43,220 nt of DNA from Octopus bimaculoides (taxonomy: Eukaryota). The notes beneath the pieces are model-generated. The model saw nothing but the letters and a program-made list of their open reading frames with translations, was not told the DNA's origin and ran no database searches. Positions 10,830 through 22,930 of this stretch are shown here, in pieces; position 1 is the stretch's first letter; each line of letters begins with the position of its first letter. A program made the position numbers and the translations under genes. The DNA is taken from NCBI RefSeq assembly GCF_001194135.2, contig NC_068983.1, positions 158,600,142 through 158,643,361 on the forward strand, read 5' to 3'.

Positions 10830-11990
10830 GGCCATTAATAAAAATTCTACTTATGAAAGCAGGGCCACTGTGCATAAAAACAAGATTCCTAGGGAGAGGA
10901 AAGTTCTTATGAGACGGTGTACAAAGATTGTAAACTGCCTCAACAGAGAATGCAATGATAGTGAGAAATCCCACCTGGAAACAGCATTGCTGGAGATTGA
11001 GAAACAGCTGAAGTACTCTCATGAGAAGGAAAGATCAGACAGAGAAGCCTGAATCATAAGATTTCAGATCCTAAAGCCTTCTTTAGGTACACCAAGGAGA
11101 CTGATTCTGTGCATAGCAGGATAAGGCCCCTCCTCCAAAACGGTGGCTCCCTCATGGAAAACCCAATGAGGATAAGTGAAACACTGAACAAACAGTTCAA
11201 AAGTGTCTTCATCCCACCTCTATAGCTCATGCAAGTTAGTAAACCCATTAAACTCTTTACTGCTACAGAAACTGAATGCGAAGTAGTAACAATTGATTAC
11301 ATCAACATCAAAGAAAAGGATGTAACGCTAGCAATAAATGATATAGATGCAAACTCAGCTGTTGGCTCTGATGGATTCCCAGCAATCCTCCTCAAGTCAT
11401 GCAAATAAGTCCTTGCAAAACTATTGCAGCTACTTTTTCAGAGCTTCCTCACAAATAGTAAGTTCCGAGACAAACTAAGGGAAGGAATAATATGCCTTAT
11501 TCATATAGGAGGAAGCAGAGCAGCTGCTAAAAACTATAGGCCTATCTCTCTGACCTCACACATCAGCAAAGTCATGGAACGAATAGTCCGAAGGAAATTA
11601 ATTGCATTCCTTGAAGAGAATAACTTGCCAACTGACAACCAGCATGGTTTTCAACCAGGTAGAAGCTGCCTGACGCAGATCCTGCAGCATTACAACTGGA
11701 TGCTAAAGCAGCTACTCAACAACTCAAATGTGGATGTGATATACCTTGACCGGGCAAAAGCTTTTGACAAAGTTGACCATGGTATGAGTTGTCACAAGCT
11801 CTGAAATCTTGGTATATTTGGAAAACTTGGAGAATGGCAACATGACTTTCTAAAAGATAGAAGTCAGGTAGAGGTGGTCAATGGGGCCACCTCTAAGAAA
11901 ATACAAATAATGAGTGGTCTTCCACAGAGTGCTGTCCTGGGGCCCCTGCTATTCATAGTGGCCCTCTCTGATATGCCCTCAGCTGCTCAA
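10830..11990 (+). mobile_element. CR1/L2-like LINE RT fragment (frameshifted)
   Basis: NYRPISLTSHISKVMER..QHGFQPGRSCLTQIL..DVIYLDRAKAFDKVDHG, then the PQSAVLGPLLF motif. Confidence 0.9.
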
Positions 11991-12177
11991 GAATATAACA
12001 ACAAAAATCATGTATTATCAAAAAATTGATATGCCATTAAGAAAAGACATTTTGATTGCCTGGAGACAAAGTGACAGCTGCAAACACTTGTTTCTGCTTC
12101 AATAGGCATCATCAACACAGCAGTTGCTTTACCTTGTCTCCAGCAGAATGAGGTACTTGGTTATATACTTAGATATA

Positions 12178-12411
12178 CAGTAATCCCTTGCCATATCACA
12201 GTTCACCTATTGCAGTTCACCTTTCGTGGTATTTGAGCTTACGTCGATTTCTCCATGGTGTTGTTTTGCATTTATAATAAAATAAATATATACAAATTAT
12301 GAAAATAATAAAAAAAAAATATAAAGTACAGTACTGTTTCTACTTCACAAATTTTCACCTATTGCAGTGGGGGTTTGGAGCATAACACCTGCAATAGTCA
12401 AGGGATTACTG
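12178..12411. mobile_element. Tigger/pogo-like MITE (234 bp)
   Basis: Perfect 13-bp TIR cagtaatcccttg / caagggattactg with TA on both flanks. Confidence 0.9.
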
Positions 12412-12642
12412 TAGACAAAAAGAGTAGAACACATTTATGGCTTAAGTAATTTGCATCTATTTATACACATACACACACATATATACACATGTGGATACAC
12501 ATGTGTATGCTATGCATAGAATTATGTAGTTTATTACATTCTTACTACATGAAGGCCAAAATGTTCCTTGTTAACACAGTGACCCTTTAATCTTTAGAAG
12601 ACATTATCATATTTTATGCATACCATAATATTCCATAACCAG

Positions 12643-12795
12643 ACATGGCTGTGTAATAACAAGTTTGCTTCCCAACCATATGCTTCTGGGTTCAAACTCA
12701 CTGCATAACATCTTAAGCAAATGTTTTCTACTATAACCTGGGCTGACTAAAGCTTTGTGAGTGGACTTGGTTGACAGAAACTGAAAGAAGTCTGT

Positions 12796-12826
<31 letters not shown>

Positions 12827-13061
12827 ATTTGTATTTCCTTGTTTTGACATTGCATGATTGTTGTAAATGACTGTTGTTATACAAGCAGTGTCATTCATTT
12901 CTAGTATTTTGTGAAAACATGTCTTGTTTGGAAACAAGTGAAGATTAGCAATAGAAAGGGCATCTGCTCATAGAAAAATTTGCCTCAGTAAACTTTGCCC
13001 AACCCATGAAAGCATGGAAAAATAGACATCAAAATGATGATGATGATGATGATGATGATGA
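12643..13061 (+). mobile_element. SINE with family-A head, (GT)n and an RTE-type tail ending in (GAT)n
   Basis: Head as in 443-590; tail gaaagggcatc...cccatgaaagcatggaaa...(gat)n. Confidence 0.8.
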
Positions 13062-13148
13062 CCTAATTTTCTAAAATAGAATTTCATTCAGACCAAATGA
13101 GTTAAATATTCTTACTTTTAATGACGTGTGTTTGGTCTTGTTTTGCAG

Positions 13149-13544
13149 GTTTTAGATTCTTTAATTGAATCTGGTGAGCAGAAAATGTTTTCTCTGTCAA
13201 AAAGAGTGACACATCTATTAAATGAATATAAAAAGCTCTCGGAAGTCATTATGAGTCATAATGAAGCCACTTCTCGAACTCCAGCAAGTCTCACGTCAGC
13301 AGCTTCAAGAGTACCACAATTTAAAGATGATTCCTCTGTTGATATTCCTCCATCAAAAATACCTTCGACTGTATCTACAATTCAAACTTCAGAACTTGTG
13401 GCCTCATTATCAAAATCTCTATCAAAAAAGTTAAATAGAAGTGCATCTACAGAGCAGTCACTAATCGTGACAGAGTTCCAAGAATACGTCAGAGAAGTCT
13501 TGTCTGCTGATTGGTTCCAGAAACGTTTTGCTGACCTTACAGAT
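13149..13544 (+). CDS. Exon VLDSLIESGEQK...EFQEYVREVLSADWFQKRFADLTD (132 aa, Ser/Thr-rich middle)
   Basis: ttttgcag acceptor, GAT|gtaagt donor, 396 nt open, phase 0-0, lies inside ORF 13128-13559. Confidence 0.92.
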
Positions 13545-14039
13545 GTAAGTAATTTATAAACTTAAATAAAACATGACATGTAAACACAAACACACAGGCA
13601 TCCTCTAGTGTTCTTTAGTTTGCTTAACATACAAATAGTGTGTTAGTGTGTGTGTGTGGAAACAAGAGAGAGAGTGAAAACAAGATCTAGTATTGGTGTT
13701 TATTCTGTTATAGGGGCTGGTTGATTTTCTAATTCTAAATATGCTTTATTGGGGTCTGTTCGTGCAGTTGCTCAAAGTATTTCTAATGAAGTTAGAATAT
13801 CATTAATTTTAATGAGTTGTTTATTATTGGTAGGAAGAATTAATTTGGTTAATTTATTCAAATTTAGGAAAGACCAAAGTCCTAGTTTGTAGGAAAGAAG
13901 AAAAATCACCAATCTCTTCTGGAAAATGGCGCTGCTCGTTATGTAGAAAAGGTGAAGTTAAGAATTCCATAAGGTGTACCCAGTGCAAGCTATGGATGCA
14001 TAATAGGTGTAGTGGTATCATAGGAAGGTTAACAGAGAA

Positions 14040-14384
14040 AGTAGTCTCTGTATGTGGCAGACCTGCAGGTACAATAAACACTAAGAATGTACAGGAAATA
14101 GACTTCCTCAAATGTCTGCAGTAATCCTTAGAAGTAGTAGATAGCTTCTGTTACCTAGGTGACTAAGTTAACTGTGGAGGAGGTTACTCTAAAAATGTAG
14201 CTGCTAGAATAAGAATGGGCTGGGCAGAGTTCAGAGAGCTACTGCCTATATTGGTAACAAAGGGCCTCTCCGTCAGAGTGAAAGGCAGATTGTATGATGT
14301 CCATGTATGAACAGCTATGCTACATGGCAGTAGGACATGGGCTGTGACTGTAGAGAAAATGTGAAGGCTTGAAAGAAATGAAGT
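14040..14384 (+). mobile_element. RTE LINE fragment
   Basis: Translates as LEVVDSFCYLGD..RIRMGWAEFRELLPILVTKGLSVRVKGRLYD. Confidence 0.85.
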
Positions 14385-14387
14385 CAG

Positions 14388-15485
14388 ATTAACACCCGCA
14401 CGATTACCCAACCCTAATCCTAAACCTAATCCTAACACTAACCCTAAACCCTAACCCTAACCCTAAAACCGTAACCGTAACACTAATCTTAACCCTAACC
14501 ATAACCATAACCCTATACCCTAACCCTGACCCTAAAACCCTAACCCTAACACCCTATTACTTCATTAGAAATCTACGGATGCACATAAGCACATAATAGA
14601 GAAAAATGAAACAAATATGGACGACTTGCTCCGTAACACCACCGAGTGGGGAACACTTCTCAAAAATAACCTGCAGTTGTTTCATTCAAAATTCCTACAT
14701 GCTCAAAATGTATATTTGTAGAAAATTTCACGAAAACATATTCATTTTCCTGGAAGTTAAGAGGAATTTAAGTGGAATTTCCGAAAATTGTCCCCCACCC
14801 CCCTCCCAAAACACTTTCACCGAAAATTTTTGTATATTCGGAATCTACATAATAAATAATAAAAGCATAGAACATTTCATAAAAAATATTCATTTTTCTG
14901 AAAGTTATGACCTTCCAAAGTCGGTGGGTACAACTCTGTAGTTATGCCACATTGACAAACATGAGTTATATTTTTGTGAATGATTGTGTTTACTTGCACG
15001 TGTATGCGTTTGAGAGAGCAAGAGAGGAAGAGGGGGAGAAATGAATAGAGAACGAGAGCAATGTGTATGTTGTTGTCACACACCACGTATGTGTAGTTGT
15101 GTGTGTTTTTACATAACAATGTTATGAAAAATAGGTAAAGAATACAGAGAGGAAAGTTTAATCTACAACTTTGTATGTATTACTTTCTCTCTCTCTCTCT
15201 CCCTCTTTTACTCTTACTCTCTATATTATATGTTGAGCGCGTGTGTAAGAACGCCGTTCCAGGTAGAAGGAAAGAAATATAAAAGTTGCTAGAAATAACA
15301 GCCAAATCTCCCTTAAATCACACAAAATAAACGAAATTTAAAAAATCTAATTAAAACTGGAAAGTTCACATCGAGAAAATTCTATTGATGTAAAAATTTT
15401 TACGAAAAAGTGGAAAATGTGGATTTCTATACACTTTTAAAAAGGCTTCAAACAGACACACAACTTCAGCTTTATATATTAAGAT
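14388..15485 (+). mobile_element. Probable non-autonomous Helitron-like element carrying telomeric-type repeats
   Basis: Abruptly truncates the RTE; ends cttcagctttatatattaagat, an end type recalled for Helitron-like non-autonomous elements; no TIR or TSD found. Confidence 0.45.
14408..14556 (+). repeat. Degenerate interstitial (CCCTAA)n telomeric-like array
   Basis: ccctaa/cctaat/cgtaa/cataa variant units over about 150 bp. Confidence 0.9.
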
Positions 15486-15597
15486 ATATATTACATATTG
15501 TAAACGAATGGGGGAAGATAGTAAGCACTCAATGCATGCTGCAAAGTTTATTCATATATTCATTTAAACTGAGATTTCTATTGCTATTTGTATTCCA

Positions 15598-15870
15598 CAT
15601 CATCATCATCACCGTTTAATGTCTGCCTTCTATGTTGGCATGGGTGGGATGGTTTTCAGGAGCTGGCCATGCAGAGGACTGCACCAGACTTCTGTGTCTG
15701 TTTTAGCATGGTTTTTATGGCTGGATGCCCTTCTTAACACCAACCACCCAGCAGAGTGAACTGAGTGCATTTTATGTGGCACCAGCAGAGGCAAGGTCAG
15801 TTTTAGCATGGTTTTACAACTTCATACCCTACCAAACGGAATACTTTTTATGTGGCACCAGCACTGTCAC
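15598..15870 (-). mobile_element. RTE-tail repeat
   Basis: (cat)n then gtttaatgtc...ctggatgcccttc. Confidence 0.75.
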
Positions 15871-16045
15871 ACACTAAGCAATATTTTAGGTGTCATCACT
15901 GTGACATCAAAATCCTTGTGACAAGACAGATTATGTGTGTGAGTGACAGCATCATCTCTCATCCCTGTAATGTCACCATTATGTATAATTTGTTATACAC
16001 TTATGATAATGTTTATTATCTCAGATTCCTTTCTGTCAATTAAAT

Positions 16046-16235
16046 CAGTGCTCCACAACCGGTATGCCATGGCACATTGGTGTGCCACAAGATGATGCTA
16101 GATGTACTGCAGTGTAACCAGAATGTAATTTCCCCCCCCCCCTATATTTTTAGTTATATTTTTAGTTCTGGTGTGCTGCTGAAGTTTGAAAAGAATATAA
16201 GTGTACCTCAAGTGAAAAAAGATTGCGGTGCACTG
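16046..16235. mobile_element. hAT-type MITE (190 bp)
   Basis: TIRs cagtgctccacaac / attgcggtgcactg; perfect 8-bp TSD AATTAAAT at 16038-16045 and 16236-16243. Confidence 0.88.
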
Positions 16236-16299
16236 AATTAAATTTCTGCAGCTGATCCCAGTCAGCACTATTACATCACCGTCACTGGTAGTGTAACAT

Positions 16300-16540
16300 T
16301 CTAATTGTCACTGTGACATTACCATCATCGTTGTGTGATCATTATTAGCCATGTGACATCATCATCATTGTGATGTTCCAACCATCACCATGATGATACA
16401 TTATCATTGTGACAGCATCATCATGTGATTATTGTCAGCAGTGTGACATCATCATCATCATCATCATCATTTTTGTGACATCATGTACATTATTGTGCAT
16501 TCACATCATCGCTATGACATTATCATTATCATTGTGACAT
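16300..16540. repeat. Degenerate (TGTGAC-ATC/CAT)n minisatellite
   Basis: Recurrent tgtgacat(cat)n units. Confidence 0.8.
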
Positions 16541-16569
16541 AAGTTTTTTCTCCTGCATTATTTCTTTAC

Positions 16570-16940
16570 AAACGAAATCGTGATGGCACCTGTGCCCAGC
16601 GTCGCCTTCCTGGCACGTGTAAAGACATTCGAGCGAGATTGTTACCAGTGCCACTGGACTGGCTCCTGTGCAGGTGGCACGTAAAATACACCATTTCGAG
16701 CGTGGCTGTTGCCAGTACCGCCTGACTGGCCTTCGTGCCGGTGGCACGTAAAAGCACCCACTACACTCTCGGAGTGGTTGGCATTAGGAATGGCATCCAG
16801 CTGTAGAAACTCTGCCAGATCAGATTGGTGCAGCCACCTGGTCCACCAGTCCTCAGTCAAATCGTCCAACCCATGCTAGCATGGAAAGCAGACGTTAAAA
16901 GATGATGATGATGATGATGATGGTGGTGATGATGATGATG
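16570..16940 (+). mobile_element. RTE 3'UTR with tandem units and (GAT)n tail
   Basis: Homologous to 2330-2657 and 35015-35262. Confidence 0.88.
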
Positions 16941-17006
16941 CTATATCATGATATAATTTTCTTGAATAAATCCTTACTAATGTTAATTTTCTCTTGTTTG
17001 ATACAG

Positions 17007-17329
17007 ATTCTGAAAAACATGTTAAACAGTACTGACTTCATCCTTGCCATAATACCATTGCTAAATAGTAACTCCATGGAAATAAAACTCAATATTCTTA
17101 ATACAATCATTGATACTTTCACTAAATTTGGAGCAGACGACAAAGAAATAATTGCAGAAGCAATTGTCAATGTCTTGAAAGAAGATCCCTTTGATTTAAA
17201 TGCAAGTGACGAAGATCGAAAAATGCTTATACAGCTTGCAATAACAGCTCTTGAAATTTTGCACATTGCGAATGATGATATGATTATGCAACATCTGAAA
17301 CATTACATTTATGGTGATGAAACTATAAG
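17007..17329 (+). CDS. Exon ILKNMLNSTDFILAIIPLL...QHLKHYIYGDETI(R); helical HEAT/ARM-like
   Basis: tttgatacag acceptor, AAG|gtattt donor, phase 0->2, amphipathic Leu/Ile periodicity. Confidence 0.92.
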
Positions 17330-17428
17330 GTATTTTACTATGTTATTGAACTATTTCTCAGTGTGTTTCTATGTATAATAATAATAATAATAATAATGAA
17401 CTTCATGTATACAGTGCTCAGGTGCACT

Positions 17429-17815
17429 GTTGTTGTTGGCACTCCGTCGCTTACGACGTTGAGGGTTCCAGTTGATCCGATCAACGGAACAGCCTGCTCG
17501 TGAAATTAACGTGCAAGTGGCTGAGCACTCCACAGATACATGTACCCTTAACGTAGTTCTCGGGGATATTCAGCATGACACAGTGTGACAAGGCTGACCC
17601 TTTGAATTACATGCACACCAGAAACAAGAAGAAAGAGTGAGAGAAAGTTGTGGTGGAAGAGTACAGCAGGGTTCGCCACCATCCCCTGCCGGAGCCTCGT
17701 GGAACTTTAGGTGTTTTCGCTCAATAAACACTCACATCGCCTGGTCTGGGAATCAAAACCGCGATCCTATGACCACGAGTCCGCTACCCTAACCACTGGG
17801 CCATTGCGCCTCCAC
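17429..17815 (-). mobile_element. Full-length tRNA-derived SINE family D with (CAA)n tail and 12-bp TSD
   Basis: Head GTGGAGGCGCAATGGCCCAGTGGTTAGG on the minus strand; TSD ctcaggtgcact at 17417-17428 and 17817-17828. Confidence 0.92.
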
Positions 17816-17989
17816 ACTCAGGTGCACTACAACTAAAACAAAAATAAAAGAAAAAAAAGGAACAGGGATGGTGGGGCATCAGGTGTACTGATGGCAAATT
17901 TCAGGAAGCATAGAAGTTTTGAAGGATGTAGTGTCTCGACAGCTTACGACTGATGCGGGTAGTTTATTCATGTTTCAGCAATTCTGAGT

Positions 17990-18270
17990 GTTTCTGACCA
18001 AGGCTTGAGAAGACACATCAAGATAAGTCGAAACACAGTCATGGCCAGTGCTGGTGACATATGAAAGGCACCTGTGCTGGTGAAACGTAAAAGACACCTG
18101 TGCCATTGACATGCAAAAGGCAGTTAGTACACTCTGTGGAATGGTTGGCATTAGGAAGGACATCCAGCTGTAGAATCCAAGCCAAAATTGATTGGAGCCT
18201 TGATCTTCTCTCCAGCTTACCGGTTCCAGTCAAACCACCTTACCAATGCCAGCATGGAAAATAAACACTA
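17990..18270 (+). mobile_element. Degraded RTE-tail repeat
   Basis: ggttggcattaggaaggacatccagctgtag. Confidence 0.75.
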
Positions 18271-18874
18271 AAAATTAGAGAAATGAAAACAAAGTTGGAC
18301 TTAGTGGAATTTCAACTCAGAAATGAAAGAGGCTATGATCTTCCCACCTTTTTTTTTTTTTTTTTACATTATCCAATATACCTTTATATAAAGTAATATA
18401 GATACCTTTATAACAATCATATAGGTCATCATCATCATTTAACATCCGTTTTAATTTGTGTCATTAATATTTTTACTAAAAATGAATTATCTTTAAAATA
18501 TAATCCATACCCCAAGGACCACAAGAAGTAAGTGATAGGTCAAGGAGATTTTGAAATAATGTAGCAATATGGAGTGGCAGCAGGATGATAAGGTGGTAAG
18601 CAAGACATAGGTGTATACTGCTAGAAGGGAAACTGAGAGTTGATGATTAGCTAATGTGAAGCTTAAACATTTCAGCATAGCAAAGCAGTGTGTACGTATT
18701 TAGATCTTAATGGAGATATATGTATGAGCCATGATATTAAGAAAGTGTTTGTCTGAAGTGTTATCGATGCACTTGCCCTTAGTAACACTGGAAAGAAAAG
18801 AATGTGTGTGACTGTGAGAGATTGTTAAATGAAGAATAGTGGAAGCCCAGATAAGCTAATATAGAGATTAGTTT

Positions 18875-19080
18875 CATCATCATCATTTAACATCTGTTTT
18901 CCATGCTTGTATGGGTTGGACAATTTGACAGGAGCTGGCCAGCCAGAGAGCTGACCAGGATCCATTTGTCTGTTTTGGCATGATTTCTATGGCTGGATGC
19001 CCTTCCTAATGCCAACCACTTTACAGAGTGTGTTGGGTGCTTTTTACATGGCACTGGCATGAGTGCTTTTATATGACACT
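18875..19080 (-). mobile_element. RTE-tail repeat
   Basis: (cat)n tttaacatctg...gcccttcctaatgccaacc. Confidence 0.8.
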
Positions 19081-19799
19081 AAAAATATGAAGGTTTGGAT
19101 AGCTGGATATCCACTTAGGATAGTTGCTGAGATGATGAAAGTATAAACTATGTGTTATACCAATGACTTAGTTAATTAGATAGTGTAGGTCATAACTGGC
19201 ATAGAAGTATCATTGTAAACGAATACAAACACAATTAGTATTCATTTGAATGGGAAAATTACATTATCCTTTAGCTGATGATCCAGCTTTTGAAAATAGA
19301 ACAAGTTTTAACATAGCACAAGATAAAATTAATTTGGATAAAATGCAGTTTGGATTTTTACCAGAATATGATGCAATAAATGCCATATTTCTAATGAGAC
19401 AACAGCAAGCAAAGCTCTTAGTTAAACACAAACACTTTTGCTTTGGATTTGCAAATATCAAAATCACTCTTTTGACAGTTTCACACCATATCTGATAAAC
19501 TTTGAGTAAGAAAGCTCAGATGAATGGTTCATAAAGGTGGTAAATACAAGCCATGTAGAAATGGCTTGCAATGAAAAATTTGTCCCCCAGACAAACTCTA
19601 CAAGGGTCTTATCTTCAACTACTTTTTATTTATTATAGTTATTGAGGCAATAATACAGAGGTTAATAAAAATTTCCTAAGGAAATTTAATTTACTGATGG
19701 CTTGCTTTTATTTAAAGAATTTATTGAAGAATTACAGAAAGGAATAATGAGTCTGAGTTTGTGTTTAACAATATGAAGAATTCTTGTGAACTGATTTTA

Positions 19800-20045
19800 T
19801 CAGTTTCTTTTGCTGAACTGCAAAGTTACAGGGATGTAAACACACCTGAACCAGTTGGCAAACAGTGGTGTGGGAACACACACACATATGACAGGCTTCT
19901 TTCAGTTTTTGTCTACTAAAACCACTCACAAGGCTTTGGTTGGCCCAAGGCTATAGTAGAAGACACTTGCCCAAGGTGCCACACAGTGGGACTGAACCTA
20001 GGACTATGTGGTTGGAAAGCAAGCTTCTTACCACACAGCCACACC
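19800..20045 (-). mobile_element. SINE family A
   Basis: Reverse-complement match to 443-720. Confidence 0.85.
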
Positions 20046-20824
20046 TGTGTCTACATGTGTATCTCAAACAATGAAGTTGAATTTATTATAAAGCTAGTTA
20101 ATATGTCTTTGTTATGGCTTAAACTCAAGTCAACAGACGTGAACAAAGGCATTCCAGCCATGCCATTCTGTCCATTTTTGGATGGGGAACAGCATAATTT
20201 AACTAGGACTACATAATTCTATCTGTCTTTTTCTTTTTGGAGAAAGTAGGGCGTTGATATAGCAAAAAATTAGCTACTAATTGCAGTAGGTCGATCATGA
20301 ACATAGAAGCTCCCATATGTGTTGGTGGGAGATATAACTGAAAGTTATATAGAAATAACAGCAAGTTGCTTCAGAGACTTAGAGTTAATAAGAATAATGA
20401 ACTGTTGTAAAAGAACATTGAGTTAAACATGTATTTTGTTTTACTCTGTTTGCCAATTCTTTCATTATATCAGCCATATGCAACCTGTAACCTAATGAAA
20501 AAATCTAATGCAAGATTACCTTCACTTTTGTTAGCAATATGGCACACCTGATGACGAGACATGTTTTATGCAATCTGCTTCTTGTAAGAGGTTGCCCATT
20601 TCTGCTTTATACTATGAAGAATTTAAAGGTTTCATTATTAATATTGTTTTAGCTGGATGTTTTATCTATCAATAAACACTTGATTATGAAGTAAGTGTGA
20701 AACTGTCACCAGTCAAGAAACTGAAATGCACACCTCACTAGTTAGAGCTATGTTTGAATTCATGTGTAAAAGAAAGCTAATATTGTTACTTAAAGTTAAT
20801 TGAAACTTTGTTTTTTTTAAACAG

Positions 20825-20971
20825 GAATTGTACAATTAGTTCACTGAAGACTTTTGGTTTAGGAGATTCTGTGCCTCACCTAAAAAAAGAACTTGATGAA
20901 TTTCATCTTCAGAATATGGAAACTACTCCATGGGTAGATACAGAAGTGCAGTTGGAAAAATGGGTTAAGAA
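20825..20971 (+). CDS. Exon NCTISSLKTFGLGDSVPHLKKELDEFHLQNMETTPWVDTEVQLEKWVK(K)
   Basis: ttttaaacag acceptor, AA|gtaagt donor, phase 2->2 matching both neighbours. Confidence 0.92.
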
Positions 20972-21042
20972 GTAAGTAAATCATTTCATTTAGAAATAAA
21001 TGGAAACAGAAAGCATTTATTGGCATTTCTAATGTGGAAGTA

Positions 21043-21700
21043 CTGGGTGTTCAGGCTAAGTTTGACCGTTTGCATAAAAGGGAAAGAAAACACAATGTTC
21101 CATACAATATAAAAGTATTTTTGAAAATCAAAAAATATCAACTAGATTATGTCTGAGAGATAGTTTACTCAAAATATCCACCTTCAACTTCCACCACAAC
21201 CTCAAAACAACTCCAGAACTTGGTACAAGACTTCCTCTGTGTTCCTGGGAAGACCTTCGAGCACTTCCTTGATCTTGACCACCAGCTGAGTCTTGGTGTT
21301 TCAGGCAGAGTGATTGGTGTCTTTCTCAGTCACACCCCATACATAGTAATTCATGGGATTACAATTGGGGGAATAAGGACACCAAAAATTGGAGCTGGTG
21401 AAACTGTAGAAATTTTCGGAGAACCACATTTTACTCTTTTTTCTACTGGAGTTATTTAGATCTAAGTTATTTAGATCTAAACTTGATTGGAGGCGTTACT
21501 TACTCTCCTATAATGTTGCTGCAAAGTTTGATGTAAACTTTTTTCTACTGGACCAAATCTCAAATTTTTATGCCAAAATGTAGCTAGGGACCAGTCGTCT
21601 TCCAAAATGTTAACAATTTTGTTAAGAACTGAATTATCAACAAGCCCTGAAAAATGTTGTGTGTGAGTAAATTGCGGCCTGGTCAACTACCACTGTAGTT
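21043..21700 (-). mobile_element. Tc1/mariner (maT-like) transposase relic
   Basis: Minus translation FWCPYSPNCNPMNYYVWG (SPDLNP-type motif); TA+ctgggtgt terminus; the other end runs into (TA)n and the gap. Confidence 0.7.
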
Positions 21701-21703
21701 GAA

Positions 21704-21742
<39 letters not shown>

Positions 21743-22461
21743 NNNNNNNNNNNNNNNNNNNNNNNNNNNNNNNNNNNNNNNNNNNNNNNNNNNNNNNNNN
21801 NNNNNNNNNNNNNNNNNNNNNNNNNNNNNNNNNNNNNNNNNNNNNNNNNNNNNNNNNNNNNNNNNNNNNNNNNNNNNNNNNNNNNNNNNNNNNNNNNNNN
21901 NNNNNNNNNNNNNNNNNNNNNNNNNNNNNNNNNNNNNNNNNNNNNNNNNNNNNNNNNNNNNNNNNNNNNNNNNNNNNNNNNNNNNNNNNNNNNNNNNNNN
22001 NNNNNNNNNNNNNNNNNNNNNNNNNNNNNNNNNNNNNNNNNNNNNNNNNNNNNNNNNNNNNNNNNNNNNNNNNNNNNNNNNNNNNNNNNNNNNNNNNNNN
22101 NNNNNNNNNNNNNNNNNNNNNNNNNNNNNNNNNNNNNNNNNNNNNNNNNNNNNNNNNNNNNNNNNNNNNNNNNNNNNNNNNNNNNNNNNNNNNNNNNNNN
22201 NNNNNNNNNNNNNNNNNNNNNNNNNNNNNNNNNNNNNNNNNNNNNNNNNNNNNNNNNNNNNNNNNNNNNNNNNNNNNNNNNNNNNNNNNNNNNNNNNNNN
22301 NNNNNNNNNNNNNNNNNNNNNNNNNNNNNNNNNNNNNNNNNNNNNNNNNNNNNNNNNNNNNNNNNNNNNNNNNNNNNNNNNNNNNNNNNNNNNNNNNNNN
22401 NNNNNNNNNNNNNNNNNNNNNNNNNNNNNNNNNNNNNNNNNNNNNNNNNNNNNNNNNNNNN
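21743..22461. other. Assembly gap (N) next to (TA)n
   Basis: Direct observation. Confidence 1.
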
Positions 22462-22689
22462 ATGTACAAACAGATGTACAACTGCTACTGTTATGTTTAG
22501 AGCTCCATGTACATTATCACAATCCAGTCTGCTTCCCCTTTTATTGTCAAATAACTTCTATACCAAGTAGTATAGCTGCTTATCAGCTACAGAGCAAACG
22601 TAAGAAGTAAGGATAGACACAAACTCATACTGTAATTCCAATGTGTGTTTCCCCATTATGTTTGTTTGAAGCCCTGCAATAAGTGTTCC

Positions 22690-22930
22690 AAAGAAAAAGA
22701 AAGAAAGAAAGATAGAAAGAAAGAAAAAAATAAAGAAAGTAGAGAGAAAATTAGGAAGAGGGGGAAAGAAAAGATTATTTTCTTTCTTTTTCTATTTTTC
22801 TCTCTTCCTGATTTCCTCTTTACTTCTTTGTTTTTCTTTCTTTTTCTTTTTCTTTTTCTTTCTTTCTATCTTTCTTTCTTTCTTTTTCTTTTTCTTTCTT
22901 TATGCTCTAGTTGTTTTCTCTTTCTCTCTC
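22690..22930. repeat. (AAAG)n-like block followed by a (TTTC)n-like block
   Basis: Purine tract about 22690-22773, then a pyrimidine tract. Confidence 0.9.

Noticed and set aside
14408-14556. True telomere or chromosome fusion point
   Set aside because: Short, degenerate, single orientation, and inside an intron of a continuous gene
16902-17006. Poly-Met N-terminus of ORF 16902-17378
   Set aside because: It is the (GAT)n retroposon tail plus the polypyrimidine tract; real coding starts at the 17007 acceptor
17740-17815. tRNA genes at SINE heads (also near 443, 35800, 36650, 38050)
   Set aside because: They continue into SINE bodies and tails with TSDs and do not form a complete acceptor stem
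21687-22610. Long ORFs of 264-303 aa (also 34480-35184)
   Set aside because: Artefacts of N gaps translated as X
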